A stretch of 51,687 nt of DNA, filler included, from Diploschistes diacapsis (GCA_023645945.1; 3 parts of 3 records of this genome joined end to end with filler, not necessarily neighbours in it), one strand, 5' to 3'; shown: positions 34,936 through 47,667, numbered from the whole stretch's first letter. Program-made: numbers and translations. Notes: a model not told the origin generated them from the letters alone.

Positions 34936-35281
34936 ATTCAATCTCCTTAACCGCGGCTTTTCGAAGTTAATTTCTTATCTACGGTTTTTTCTACGCCCAT
35001 AAAGACATTAATCTGCAACTAATAGTCCGGCGCTTCGCTTAGGAATAAATATCTAAACCAGTTGATTCAGAAAGATGCACCAAACGGTCGGTTGGCAGGA
35101 TGGACTTGGTTTCAGAGTAATAGTGAAGGCACTATTGGCAATGCTGGTTACAGTTGGTACTTTACGAGCATAGAGTATAAAGCAAATCATCTATCAATTA
35201 CGAATCTGTGTCCATAGTGATTTGAATCAATACTGATGCCGTACAGCCAGCATTTTCTATAGAATGACCGATAGACTAACC

Positions 35282-36458
35282 CTATCTCCTAGAATGGGAA
35301 GAAGATTTCAACAAGGTTGGATCACTGCCTCTCTCTTTCCCCTCACCTCCTCCCAAGTACCACTTCACCCCTCTCTCGATGCCTTCCCGCACGCTAAGCT
35401 TCGGTCGATACCCAAGCTTCTTCTTCGCCTTATCGATCTTGAACGTCCGCGTGATGGTAGCGACCATAATCCCCTCGACCGTCATGTTCGACGTCCTTTT
35501 ACCCCCAGGACAACGCACGCGTAACTTACTCGCTAACCATCGCCATAACCAGGCCCACCGCTTTCGGGATTATCACGATCTCTTCCTTCCTCATAGGCTT
35601 CTCCACGGCAGTTGCCAGTATGCGCTAAAACTCCCAAAAGAACCAGAGGTCGCCGTTGATAATATTAAAGGCCTCGCCGTCCACCTTAACCTCCGGGTCG
35701 GGCGGTGGCGGCCGACGCCAGGCCCGAAATAAAACGTACGCTAACAGCATATGCGCGCCCGGCAGGTTGATCACGTACATAAAATCGAATAATTTGTCGC
35801 CTTAATCCATCTAATACCGCGCGTGGCCGTTAAAGACGTTGCCCAGCATCTTATCAAGATAATTAACGTCGTACTCATTAAAGGCGGCGCACGGGCGCAA
35901 CGAGGCGGTTAACATCCCGCCATAATTATTATTAACGGAATCGAGATCGGCGCGGTTGGCGGCGAGAATATCTACCTCGGCGCCGACTTACATAACGAGT
36001 AAACGCGCTTTTACTGAAAATAGCGCAGTACGGCGAAGTCCTCCGTGACGTCGACGAGGTCGCTGACGTTATCGTAAATAACGGACGAAGAGGCGGTGTT
36101 GACGAAAACGCGCAAAGTGCCGACGCGGCGGGCTATCTCGAGTATATGCGGGTTACCGTCAACGATAACGGCGCGATAAAGCGTGTCAGGGATATGCAAC
36201 GTCTTGGGCGAGGAAATCTAATAAATGATACGAGACTGGGCGGCGTCCTCGACACGTTCGATAACCGCACGGTCGGAGACGTGGCACTCGTGATAGTACA
36301 CGCCCGAATGCCGGTTGCGGGAGGCGTCAATGTCGACCGAGTGGATGATGTACCGGGGTTCTTCCTCGAGGATCTTGCCAATGACGTGGTACGCGAAGAA
36401 GCCGTTGCCGCCTATGACGAGGATGGGGGAGGGGAAGGGAGAGTCCCAGGGTGGCCAT
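35282..36458 (-). pseudogene. ERG26-like C-3 sterol dehydrogenase / 3-beta-HSD pseudogene with RIP-type damage
   Basis: Residual motifs ILVIGGNGFFAYHVI, FVNTASSSVIYD, YSLCK (YxxxK), MLTASLRP, LFDFMYVINL, VDGEAFNI and IDKAKKKLGYRP. In-frame stops at 36218-36220, 36011-36013, 35811-35813, 35802-35804, 35625-35627 and 35526-35528. Frameshifts near 36435, 35986 and 35504. Confidence 0.88.
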
Positions 36459-38059
36459 CTTTCTGCTAGGTGGGGTGGCTGTGGAAGGGAAGAACAGCGA
36501 GAGACTGGTAGGGGATGGTTTGTAGAGGTCGTTGGTGGAAGACTCGCGCATGCGTGTTAGCAGATTCGATGTATGGCCGACCTTGGGGGTCTTTGAAGAA
36601 CATTGTAGAGACGATGATTGAAGTCGCAGGTGTTCTTCGGAAATCTTGCTTTTTATTATAGCTCCTATTGATATGCTGCATACTGCAGCGGTGATATGGC
36701 AGTATTAAGCCTACAAATTTGCGTGGTTGTTCGCCTGCTACCTGATTCTTCACTTGTTATATCCAGGAGTTTTGAACCCCCTATTGGACATATCCAGGCA
36801 GTTTGTGTTGCCCCCACTTTCACGATTAACATTGCACATATTACTCGTGATTTCTGTATGAAAACAAGGCTAGCGCCAGATTGCGCCAATGCCTGCGGGA
36901 ATGTCGTCAAGATGGCAGAAGCTAGGAAGGCAGAGGACCCGGAGGCGAAGAGCGGAGCATGGCAGGCCGGTGGGATTAAGTTTGGAGCTCAATGCGGGTG
37001 TCTCCGCCGCGAATTCGTCCGTAGGGCTTATATCGGGTATTCTGCCATCCATAATCCCTTGTGAAGATAGTCCCTCCGCTTCACTCAGGAATTAACATAT
37101 GGATGTTCTATGCATTGGATGAGAATGAAGACGAAGGATATTGCGGAGAGCTTTAATAGCGCGAAAAGTTATGGGCCAAGCAATCGGCATATATCCAAAG
37201 CACAAGCTTTTAAAGGTTATATGGATGTCGAGCTGAAGCTTTTTGGATTTGTTAGGTGCCAATTACTCTACGAGAAGTGATTGTGCATAACCCTCGAAAT
37301 ACTTTGCGGCTTTGATTAAGTTCGGAGAGCTTGAACGAGGACCGAAGATTCGATTGTGCAAGAGCCATGTTTGAGTTGGCGGTAAAGCAACCCCAAAATG
37401 ATCAAAAAAAGGAGGAAGCTGGATGACGAGAGCATCAAGGAGTATCTGGACTGCCTCTTTCCGAAGGATGAAGGTGAGGAAGGCATACCGAATCTGGGGC
37501 GTTTTGATGGAGGTGGCACAAAAGTGGAAGACAGAGTAAGCTGCCTGGGCGAATGGAAGCGCTTTATAGGCAAAGGCATACTATCCAAGGTTTAACAGCC
37601 AGATGCATTGTTGGCAGGGGTTAAAGGTGTCGCTGGCGGAGTTGCTGGTGGTAGAGATCAGAGATGGCTTGCAGTCTTGTTCACCATTTAGGCCCTCACA
37701 CACGAGTCTTGGGAGTCGGGCGTTAGGGCAGCAAGCTTCGAATAAGGGCAAACCGAACGCTGCGACGCAGATTTCTGTTGTCTTTCAACCGCCAGTGCAG
37801 CAAGGTCCTCACTCCGGTGCTGGTTTTAAATCCCTAGCATCACGAACTGAATTTGCTCTTGGCTCACCGAAGCTCCAGGTCCTGCGTTCTACTTCACTGG
37901 AGCGCATTTCTACCACGGTAGCCAGCGGTATCATGTCGAGCATCCATATCACTCAGTCGCTTCTCAAGCCGGTAACTTGACATCCATTTGTTCAAATGTG
38001 GCTATTATATTATATACAAGAATCGTGCAAACAATTAAGTATCACCGTCGATCGCAACA

Positions 38060-41000
38060 TCATCTAGGTGTTTGAGAACCATTCGGGGGTGAGCCGCTAC
38101 TCGCTTTCGGGTTCTTCAGTATCAGCTTGAGCTTTGGCTGGCTGGCGGATTTTGGAGTGCTGATGCTAGGTGAAGGATGAGATGCCATAGAGGGCTGTCG
38201 TATCTTGATGGGCGGAATCGGCCGCTGTGCCCCGTTAACAATGCCTTCGCGCTTGCTTCCAGTTGGTCGCTGGACTGGTGGAGTCGACTTTGGTGCAAGT
38301 CGTTTGGTCCGAACTCTCCCCCTTTTAAATCTTAAGATGCACTTTGGCTTGGCATGTGCATTCGATGGAGGAACACGTTCGAGTTGCGGGGTCTGCCAGT
38401 ACCGCGGGTAACGCAATGTCACCAACATTGCTGTGTGCTGATCGTAGAGAAAGCTGCAGATCAGAAGTAAATCTCCAATTTCCGGGAGCGTTTCCGTCTG
38501 CGAGCAGACCGCAGCCCAGATAGCTTTCTTAAGCCCCTCGTTCGATCCTAATTCTTCTTTCAATGCCATGAGGGCGCCGGGAATGGTTTGCTTTCGGGCC
38601 AGACCTGCCTTACGAACCTCAATGGTACCTTCCTGCTCAATCACTAGATCACTTGTTTCTTGAGGATCGGTTGACGCATTGTTTGATGCGTCGTCTGATC
38701 CTGTAGCAACCAAGCCCAGGAACCGCCAGAAAAGGCGAAGCATGCTCTGACGAACATAAGGAGACGGGTCTGAACTCAGTTCAGAGAGGAAGAATGATAT
38801 GAAGGCGTCCGTCCTTCCGTATCCAAGATCGAGAAGATGATCGAAAGCAGCGATACGGAGATCTTCAAAACTACCCTGCTGAGCATATTGCAGGAACTCA
38901 ACGGGGTTTCTAGTTATACAGCCGACTTTCGCTAGCCTATACCGGCAGCTAAGAGCAGTTGACGAGAGGATGTTGTGATACGTCGGGATCCACTCGTCGC
39001 GACGCCGCTGCTTGTCTATCTCGTCAAGGCAAGCCTTGAAAAAGTCGTAGTCGTCGCCATCGTCGGTCATCAGGATATCCTCGGTGCCGCTGAGCGGAGC
39101 AGACGCTAGAGCATCCGCGAGACCTCTCATCAGGGTGGAAACATAAAAACAGTCTGAGTACTAGCGGAGTTAGTTGACGCAATGAACGGCTATAAAATTA
39201 GACATACTTCATTCTCCCCATTGTCATTGTACCTTAGCATCTCGTACAGAAACTTCCTTACGAGGAATGGTGCTCGGCCCGCTTGATCTCTGATCCCGGC
39301 TATGGCACGGGACAACGCACACTGAATGAAGTAGGATGGATAATCGGAGAAATCATTGGCTTTGACCATGTGAGAGCCACGCTCGCAGAACAGCTCTCTG
39401 AATGACTTTTCAAGATGGAAAAATGCCAGGTCGTCTTTGTGCAAGACAGCATACTCTCCTAAAGCCTCAATCGCCGCTGTACGTATGCCATAGAAATACC
39501 GACCATCAAGGAAAGTCCGTACAAGGATCGTAGGTACAAGAGGGTGTTTCTGCGGCTGTACCGCCAACCATCTTACAGTTTCGTATTGGGCAACAACGTC
39601 ACGATCTTGTTGAAGCTGTGAGACATACATCCAAGGCGGCATGCTGATGTGTGTGTTGCAAATCCATTCAAAATCAGCGTCCAACCTCACCCATTCGTAA
39701 GATTCTTGACTCATTTTTTCTTCATCTTCCTTGCTCCACTCGCCAAATCTCCAATCTTGCATTTCCTGCTCAGACTGGAGAATGTCCCCTAAGGAATAGA
39801 CCAGCATATCGTCCTGACCGTCGACAGCCATTTCACTAGCGGCACCGGTAACGACTCGTTCTCGATGACGGCGACTACGCTTGAGCCTCTTATATTTCGT
39901 GTTGTAGGGTATTTCAAGCCTAGCGATCCTATCCTTGATCTCTACGATGTGCTCGTATGGAGTTCCATCAGCTTCGTGTATACGGATTGTCATCGGCCCT
40001 GTGAAGGAAGGCTGTGGAGGCGGCGCAACGATGTTGTGTGTATCCTCCTTCACTTTTCGCATAAAGTCAGAAGGCTCTATATCCTGGTCAAGATGCCCAC
40101 TCTTCTCCTCCTGGCTAACCGTGATCTCCACAACGAGTTTCTTCTTGTTGAACTTCTGCGACACAATGAAGCTTGGATAGCCTGCGCCGTAAACCCACTG
40201 GTTGAAGAAGATATCGAGTTTGGTATGACCGAGTCGCTCGCAGGTCCTGATGAAGTGCCCTGTGGATAGTGCGCCATTTGGCAGGTCCCCAACGTTCGCA
40301 TTAAGGAAGATCCTGGTGATGGTACGAGAAAGTCCCGTAGAACCGCTTGCTTTCGTAAGTCTCCGATCCAAGATAAAAAGCACCAGCGGTGCTTTGAGTG
40401 CGATCAATTCATAATACGATCGGTCGATAGGTACGTAAGAGCCGGATTCATAGATGGAAGGGCGTCCGACATCGATCTTACAGACTCTGCGCGACGCAAG
40501 CTTCTGTTGGTACCGATACTCACTTATCCCGCTAAGCTTTCGAAGGAACATGTCAGTAATGAAAAAGGCCAATCCAACGACGGCCCACAAGTCCGTGGGC
40601 TCTGCTGGGGTGATATTGATACCACTCCACTGCCTAGCCAGCGCGAATACAAGCTCTCTTGTTGTAGAGTACATGGGATCAATTACGTTGGCAGGAAAGA
40701 GAATTCTGTTGGAACATAAAGTCAGAGAAGCGGTTTCGAAGTGATTCATCAGCATCTCGTCGACAAAGCACAATTTGTAACTTGAGAAAGGATAGGATCC
40801 GTAGTTCGTTACAAAAAAGTCCATAGCCTATGCGATTAGCCGTAGAAGTGTCTTCACGAGTAAGAAGCCTCCTACCTTTGCCAATGGTAAGCACGTATTC
40901 CTGACTTCATCCGCGCGACCTGGAAGGCAGAATCCATGAAGCGCTATAGCATTCTTCCCTAGCCTGTCATCTTCGTCCGTCTCTCGGAATGCTGTCAAAT

Positions 41001-41985
41001 TGACTACCTCAAATGGCCCGATCGCGAAGCCAATATGGCTCGGTGTGATTGGCGTACTGCATACGAAAGATGTGGTCTTCTTACTTGTATCTTTGGGATC
41101 GATAATCTAAATCTGGTCAGTCGGTACCAAAAAAAGACACGCTCAATAGACCTCATCGGTTAGATCTCCGGAACATGTCACTAGAAGATCTAGCCCTTTG
41201 TCTTCCTCGCTCAACGTGCGTAGCTTATCCTGTGCGCGAGATCTATGTTCAGATGATTCGACATTGGCATGAGAACGAATTGCATCACCAATTGTTCGTG
41301 GCGTTTTGATAGCAATTTCCCAGGTACATTTTGAAGCTATGGTATCAAGGCACGGAAAAAAGCAAGACATTGAACTGAGAGTTGCACTCTGAGTGTACGC
41401 ATGCGGATATCTCAAATCATCAGACTCCCAGCCTACGAAATGAAGACCATCTCGAAGGTAGTCGACGGCAAAGTCTATGTAGATCGTAATCGAGGTGAAT
41501 CGTGAGCCCTGATCTGATATGTTCTTGCCCACATGCGCACCGTCGTTTGTGTCCACCTCGCCTCTTCCTGACCGATCCAAAACTATCGTAGAACCTACTT
41601 CTTGAATTTTGACGGTTTTCGGTATGGCAACCTCAAGTTCTGGACTTGGAGGGTGATTGAATTGTTTTTCAAGCCGATCTTGCAACAAATGGTGTTGATG
41701 AGCATCCGTCTCATAGGGAAGCTTGAGGAGCCCATAAGGATCAATATAGGAATAAGGTGTGGACACAACCCCCCTCGGACTGAACTTCACTTGAGTGATT
41801 CTCGTTTGACGACAATGTAGGCGGACATGCTTTAGGTCTGAGGAATGAGGATTGATAGTAATCTCAGTATGTCCTAGGATTCCGCGCGCCACAAGATCAA
41901 TGTTGAGGCTCAATTTCTGATGCGTTATTGAGAATCCCGGTCCAGAGGAGACCCCAGGAACGGGCGTCTCGACTTGACTGGGCAT
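38060..41985 (-). CDS. TAF2: TFIID subunit 2 (Taf2), 4 exons
   Basis: Aminopeptidase-like N-terminus (LHCRQ, CTWEI), KAPLVLFILDRRL, FFNQWVYGAG, GPMTIRIHEADGTPYEHIVEI and EWVRLDADFEWIC. Introns 41151-41107, 40875-40828 and 39207-39161. Confidence 0.96.
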
Positions 41986-42847
41986 CTTCCAGGCTTGCGC
42001 TGCACCTCAGACCTATATGAATAGCAGTTGCCGTTCGTAGGCACTTTACAAGGATGAGTACGCCACCACTAAAAGTGGAAAGTTCACTGAATATGAACGA
42101 ATCATCTCTCAGCAGCACAGCCTCTGGCTTGCAGACCGGTTCACCAGCATCGCTGCAAACTAGGAGCCTGCCGCAGCTTTTGTTTTCCGTCTGGGCAGAC
42201 CGCGATCACTTTTCGATAGTTGAAAGATGACTCGAAATCGCTGCACAAGCTGTAGCCCTGCGAGTATTGACTTACCATAGCGACATAACCCACCAAGTCT
42301 TTTCTCATGGTGATTGAAAGATAAACTCCGAAGAGATGGAGGGTAGAAAAGATAACTTCAAGGTTGAAGATTGAAGCACTGAAGCTTGGGCCTTGTAAGG
42401 CGAGAAGCCATCAAACGCGTTCACGGGTAGTGTACGAATCACGTGTGTGCCTGATGCCGCCCAAGTACAAAATCTGAACATGATACGCAAGGAGCCCTGA
42501 ACTTAAAGCCTTTCAGTCTGGATAGTAGGGGACTTGTACTATAATACCCAGTTTAAACGCATTGATTTGCTTTACGTGCATGTGGCAGAAGCACAGCACA
42601 AATGATTCCGTCTTGACAATATGACTCTAGCGTTTTAGTGCCAGAAGACGTGTGTCGTTCTGTATCCTCCAAGCTGAAACGCTCCATGATTCAGAAGCTT
42701 TTCGCTATATCCTCACATTTCCTACTCTTTTAATCGTACACGCTATGCTTGGACCCATCTTCTCTATTCTTTCCGGGTTCCCGTGCTACTATCTACCATT
42801 TCTCTTCCCCCTTTCCCCCTATACGGTTCCGATTTCTTGGGTTCAAG

Positions 42848-43457
42848 ATGGAGCAGGCTCTCCGAAGAAGGGACGAAGACTTCGTCCAAAATGACAGGAG
42901 CTTTCAGAATGCCCTTATTATTAAATGGTCGATATTGGCAGGAGTCTTTCTAATTTTCTTTGCCTGGTTTGTTGGTGGATACTTCCATGCCCGTCACCGT
43001 ATAAAGAAAGGTCAGCCCCTTTTGGCATACCATAGGGTAAGAATTCCATTGAACATCATCCGACGAGTGACTGACCCCCGAAGTTCCTTGTTCCACAGAA
43101 TATGAGACCTCCAAGAAAAAATGCTGCCGTACACAACCAGTACGCAATCTACCGCGTTCAGGAGAATGGATATGGTCTGGAGCAAATGCCACCTCCGGGT
43201 AAATGACCACGTCTTTCACTTCTCTCCTTACAATTCTAATGCTGTCAGTATATGATCCTTGCCGACCTCCAATGTACAAACCACCGGATAGCGCATCCAA
43301 AGTGGATCCCATTCAAGATGGTGGAGACCCTGTAATGAACATGGCTCAATCTCCTTCGCAGCTTGAGGACCAGCCTTCATTACAAGTTGGTCCTCCTACA
43401 ACGAGATCTCCCCGTACACCTTGGCTGAGCAAGATTTTGTCGAAACGGAACAATTGA
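42848..43457 (+). CDS. Small single-pass membrane protein with PPxY-type tail (Rcr1-like), 3 exons
   Basis: TM segment KWSILAGVFLIFFAWFVGGY followed by HARHRIKKGQPLLAYHR, then PPPVY and PPMY. Introns 43037-43083 and 43199-43248. Confidence 0.75.
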
Positions 43458-43606
43458 AATACCGAGTAACAGGCACACGGTAGCCGGAAAGCTGGATATG
43501 AGAGCAAAGCTGGAAAGGGAAATGCCATGTTGAACTAGCGGCATGCCCGTCTGACAAGGGGCTGGAGTAAAGAACCAGCTCTAAAGAGACTTTTGGAAAT
43601 GAGATG

Positions 43607-44272
43607 TTATGACATGTCCATGGCTTCTGAGTCGCCATCACTGGATAATTGAAGATTAGAGTGTATTGAGTAGTCCATGGGTTGGTCACCGCCCGCAGAT
43701 GGTCTCTGCCGTGCTAGTTCCTGCTCGAGCGCGTGTTCCCTAGCTCTTTGTCTTGACTCAATGATTGCCTTTCTCACAATGTCTTGCTCTTCCGGTACTG
43801 AGATAGAGGTCGGAACTCCGTACAAAATCATCTCATTCCCAAGCTTCGGGGGAAGATCCGAAGCAAGCACGCTATGTGGTATTTTGGTGAAACGTCTTTC
43901 GATATCAGGCAGGAAAATGAGTTTTTCTTCATCTGAACTGATGTCTGCAAGTTCTTCGTCAAGGTTGTGAATATAGATCCTGTCTCGCGAATCGTCCATA
44001 TTCATCGAATCACTGAAGGCATTAGAGCGGCTCCGGCGGACAGGAGGAGGCGACGGCGGCAATTGTTGCTGTTGTGACGGAAACGGGATGTACAACTTGC
44101 CAGTATGATCTGGGCGTTTGTCAGCGCGGTATTGAGACCGTGCCCTCCACAGCTTACCTAAATTGAGCAAATTGAAGCGCTTTGCGAGTCGTTGTTCGTT
44201 CCTCAAGTCGTCCTCAGCCACGCGTTTTTGGCCGTGCGGCGGGGAGTCGCGAAGTTCCTCAGGGGCAGACAT
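43607..44272 (-). CDS. Conserved fungal hypothetical protein, 2 exons
   Basis: EQRLAKRFNLLNL, DDSRDRIYIHNLDEEL, LIFLPDIE and LYGVPTSISVPEEQDIVRKAIIESRQRARE. In-frame 48-nt intron 44157-44110 (GTAAGC..GCTGAC..CAG). Confidence 0.8.
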   Translation of the reverse strand: MSAPEELRDSPPHGQKRVAEDDLRNEQRLAKRFNLLNLGKLWRARSQYRADKRPDHTGKLYIPFPSQQQQLPPSPPPVRRSRSNAFSDSMNMDDSRDRIYIHNLDEELADISSDEEKLIFLPDIERRFTKIPHSVLASDLPPKLGNEMILYGVPTSISVPEEQDIVRKAIIESRQRAREHALEQELARQRPSAGGDQPMDYSIHSNLQLSSDGDSEAMDMS

Positions 44273-44390
44273 CGTCCATTATTTTCTCTAAACGACCGGT
44301 TTGGAGCTTCAGCCAATGATTCTAGACTGTCTAAATGGTGAGACACGCCTGATACTTAAGAGTCAGTAGCGAAGTGATACATAAGTCTGA

Positions 44391-47300
44391 ATGGTATTTA
44401 AAGTTTGTATTCAACACCTTCGATTCTTATCATCCTGCGGATATTCTAGGACATTCTATCGTGTCCCGCATCAGTGTGAATTGCAGAACGTCTTCCGGTG
44501 CCAGCCACTGGCCCAGAAACGGCATATACAAATGGCCAATTCGACCGAGCTGGAGCAACAATGGCCGGCAGTGAAGGTTCGAGATACTTTTCTACAATAT
44601 TTCAAAGATCGAGGCCACACATTCGGTATATTAGCTTCCCTAGCTCAAGTGCAGGTATTTCAAGCTGACTCGAGCCTAGTACCATCGTCCCCTGTTGTGC
44701 CGCATAATGATCCTACATTACTCTTCGCCAATGCTGGCATGAACCAGTATAAGACGATATTCCTAGGGACCGTAGATCCCAACTCTGATTTTGCGCACTT
44801 GAAGAGGGCAGTTAATTCTCAAAAGGTATGGAATTTCCCAGTAATTCGGGCTATGCTGACTGGGTCTAGTGCATTCGCGCAGGAGGCAAGCACAATGCAT
44901 GTTTGCACTTCCTTGGCTCGTGGAAACCGCTTATGGATATAGGACCTTGACGATGTCGGCAAAGATAGCTACCACCATGTGAGTTTGACCGGATTTGGCA
45001 CCGTGACCGCGGGGCTGAGCCTAGGAGTAGACCTTCTTTGAGATGCTGGGGAATTGGAGTTTTGGCGACTACTTCAAAAAAGAGGCTGTTGAGTATTCAT
45101 GGGAGCTGCTGACCAAGGTCTACGGCTTGAACCCGGATCACCTCTATGTCACCTATTTCGAGGGCAACCCTGCAACCGGCCTTGAGCCAGACCTTGAGAC
45201 CAAGCAGCTCTGGCAATCTGTCGGCGTTGCAGATGACCACATACTGACTGGCAACATGAAAGATAACTTCTGGGAAATGGGAGACCAGGGGCCTTGTGGG
45301 CCTTGTAGCGAAGTTCATTACGATCGCATTGGTGGCAGAAATGCTGCGCATTTAGTGAACGAAGACGATCCTAATGTGATTGAGATTTGGAATAATGTTT
45401 TCATTCAATATAACCGAGAATCCGATAAGTCGCTGAGGTCGTTACCCGCGAAACATGTCGATACTGGAATGGGCTTTGAGCGACTCGTGTCGGTCTTGCA
45501 GGACAAGTCATCCAATTATGATACCGACGTATTCTTACCACTCTTTGACACAATATCAAAACTTACAGGTGCCCGACCTTATCAAGGAAAGTTTGGTGCA
45601 GAAGATGGGGATGGCATAGATACGGCCTATAGAGTGGTGGCAGATCACGTACGAACGCTGACATTTGCAATTTCGGACGGCGGAACTCCAAACAATGAAG
45701 GGCGAGGCTATGTTGTGCGGCGAGTTTTACGAAGGGGAGCAAGGTATGCGCGAAAGTACCTCAATACTGATATAGGCGGCTTCTTCTCAAAGGTTGTCCC
45801 TACATTAGTGCAGCAGATGGGGGATATGTTCCCTGAAATCAAAAGAAAGGAATCAGACGTGCAGGAGATATTGGATGAAGAAGAACAATCGTTTGCGAAA
45901 ACTCTGGATCGTGGCGAGAGGCTATTCGAGTCTTATGCACAGCAGTCCAAGCTCAAGGATTTGAAAGGGCTCCATGGTGGAGATGTCTGGCGGCTGTACG
46001 ACACATTTGGCTTTCCCGTCGATCTGACTCGGTTGATGGCAGAGGAAAGGGGTTTGAGCATCGACGAAAAGGAATTCGAGGATGCGCGGTTAAAAGCCAA
46101 GGAGGCCAGCAAGGGGCAGAAGAAGTCTGGGTCGAGCTTACTGAAGCTTGATGTGCACGATATCAGCAATTTACAGAAATTGTCCGATCTCTCTCAGACG
46201 GATGACAGCGCGAAGTTTGGCAGAGAAAACATTACTTCCGTCATCAGGATTATTTACCACAACAAGAAGTTTGTTAAGGACACGAAGGAAATTCCCTCTG
46301 AAGAGCAAATTGGGATCATACTCGACCGCACAAACTTCTACGCTGAGCAAGGCGGACAGGAGTATGATACAGGAAAGCTTATCATAGATGGCGTTGCTGA
46401 AATGAAAGTTGAAAATGTTCAGCTTTATGCCGGCTACGTCTTGCACACAGGCTACCTGGAATATGGTGCGCTGTCGGTGGGAGAGGAGGTCATTTGCGAG
46501 TACGATGACTTAGAAAGAAGGGGGCCAATCCGCAACAATCATACTGGCACGCACATTCTAAACTTTGCTTTGAAGCAAGTGCTTGGAGACGGTGTTGACC
46601 AAAAAGGCTCTTTGGTGGCACCAGAGAAACTTCGTTTTGATTTTTCACACAAGGCTGGTGTCACCGATTCGGAACTGGAAAAGATCGAGGATGTTTCTAC
46701 TCGGTATATACGGCAGAACTGTGACGTTTATGCAAAAGATGTGCCTTTGGCTACTGCACGAGAGATCCAAGGCGTGCGTGCTGTCTTTGGCGAGACATAT
46801 CCGGACCCAGTCAGGGTTGTCTCAGTGGGAGTAGAAGTTGATGAAATTCTCAAAAATGTCAAGGATACCCAATGGGAGAGGGTGAGTATCGAATTTTGTG
46901 GAGGGACCCATGTGCAGAAAACGAGCGACATCAGGGATATGGTCATTTTGGAGGAAAGCGGTATTGCGAAGGGCATTCGGCGGATCATCGCAGTCACTGG
47001 AGCAAAGGCGCATGAGGTTCAGAGAACCGCCGAAGAATTCAACGAGAGGCTCTTTAGGCTCGAGAACATGGCTCACGGCGCGTCCAAGGACGCCGAGATC
47101 AAGGCTGTCAAGCTCGATCTTCCACACCTCTCGATATCTGCTCTCACAAAGTTAAAGTTTAGAGGGCGGTTCGCTAAGGTTGAGAAGGCGCAACTGGAGG
47201 AGCAAAAAGCCCAGCAAAAAGCAGAGGCTAAGAAAGCAGTCGATGCTGTGGCAAACTTCTTCTCAGATCCCAAAAACGAAGGCAAGAGGGAGCTTGTCCT

Positions 47301-47667
47301 GCAGTTGCCGATATCAGCAAATTCGAAAGCGGTGCAGGAGGTACTCAACCACCTACAGAAGAAGGACAAGACCAAATCCGTATACGTCTTTGCAGCGGAC
47401 CCAGGAGGAAAGGTTATTCATGGCTGCCACGTTTCAGAGGTAAGTCCAGTACTTGCGGTTGGCTGCAATTTCAGCTTTACTAAGCATGGCTAGGATATGA
47501 GCAAGAAAGGCGCATCCGCCAACGAGTGGTCGACAAGTATTTCTGGAATCGTAGGCGGAAAATCGGGCGGAAAAGGCCCTACGAGCATCGGCAATGGCAC
47601 GAATGCTGAAAAAGTCGATGAAGCTCTTGAAGCGGCGACGTCTTATCTTTCAAAGTTTAGCCTGTAG
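44391..47667 (+). CDS. ALA1: Alanyl-tRNA synthetase, probably dual mitochondrial/cytosolic, 6 exons
   Basis: Exons 44391-44625, 44680-44825, 44870-44896, 44943-44978, 45031-47439 and 47494-47667. Motifs [61 protein letters not shown] and EFCGGTH. Second in-frame ATG at 44532. Confidence 0.97.

Noticed and set aside
35526..36220. TAG stops in the ERG26-like gene as A-to-I editing-restored codons
   Set aside because: TAA stops and three frameshifts also occur, and some TAGs sit where Gln rather than Trp is expected, so editing could not rescue the ORF.
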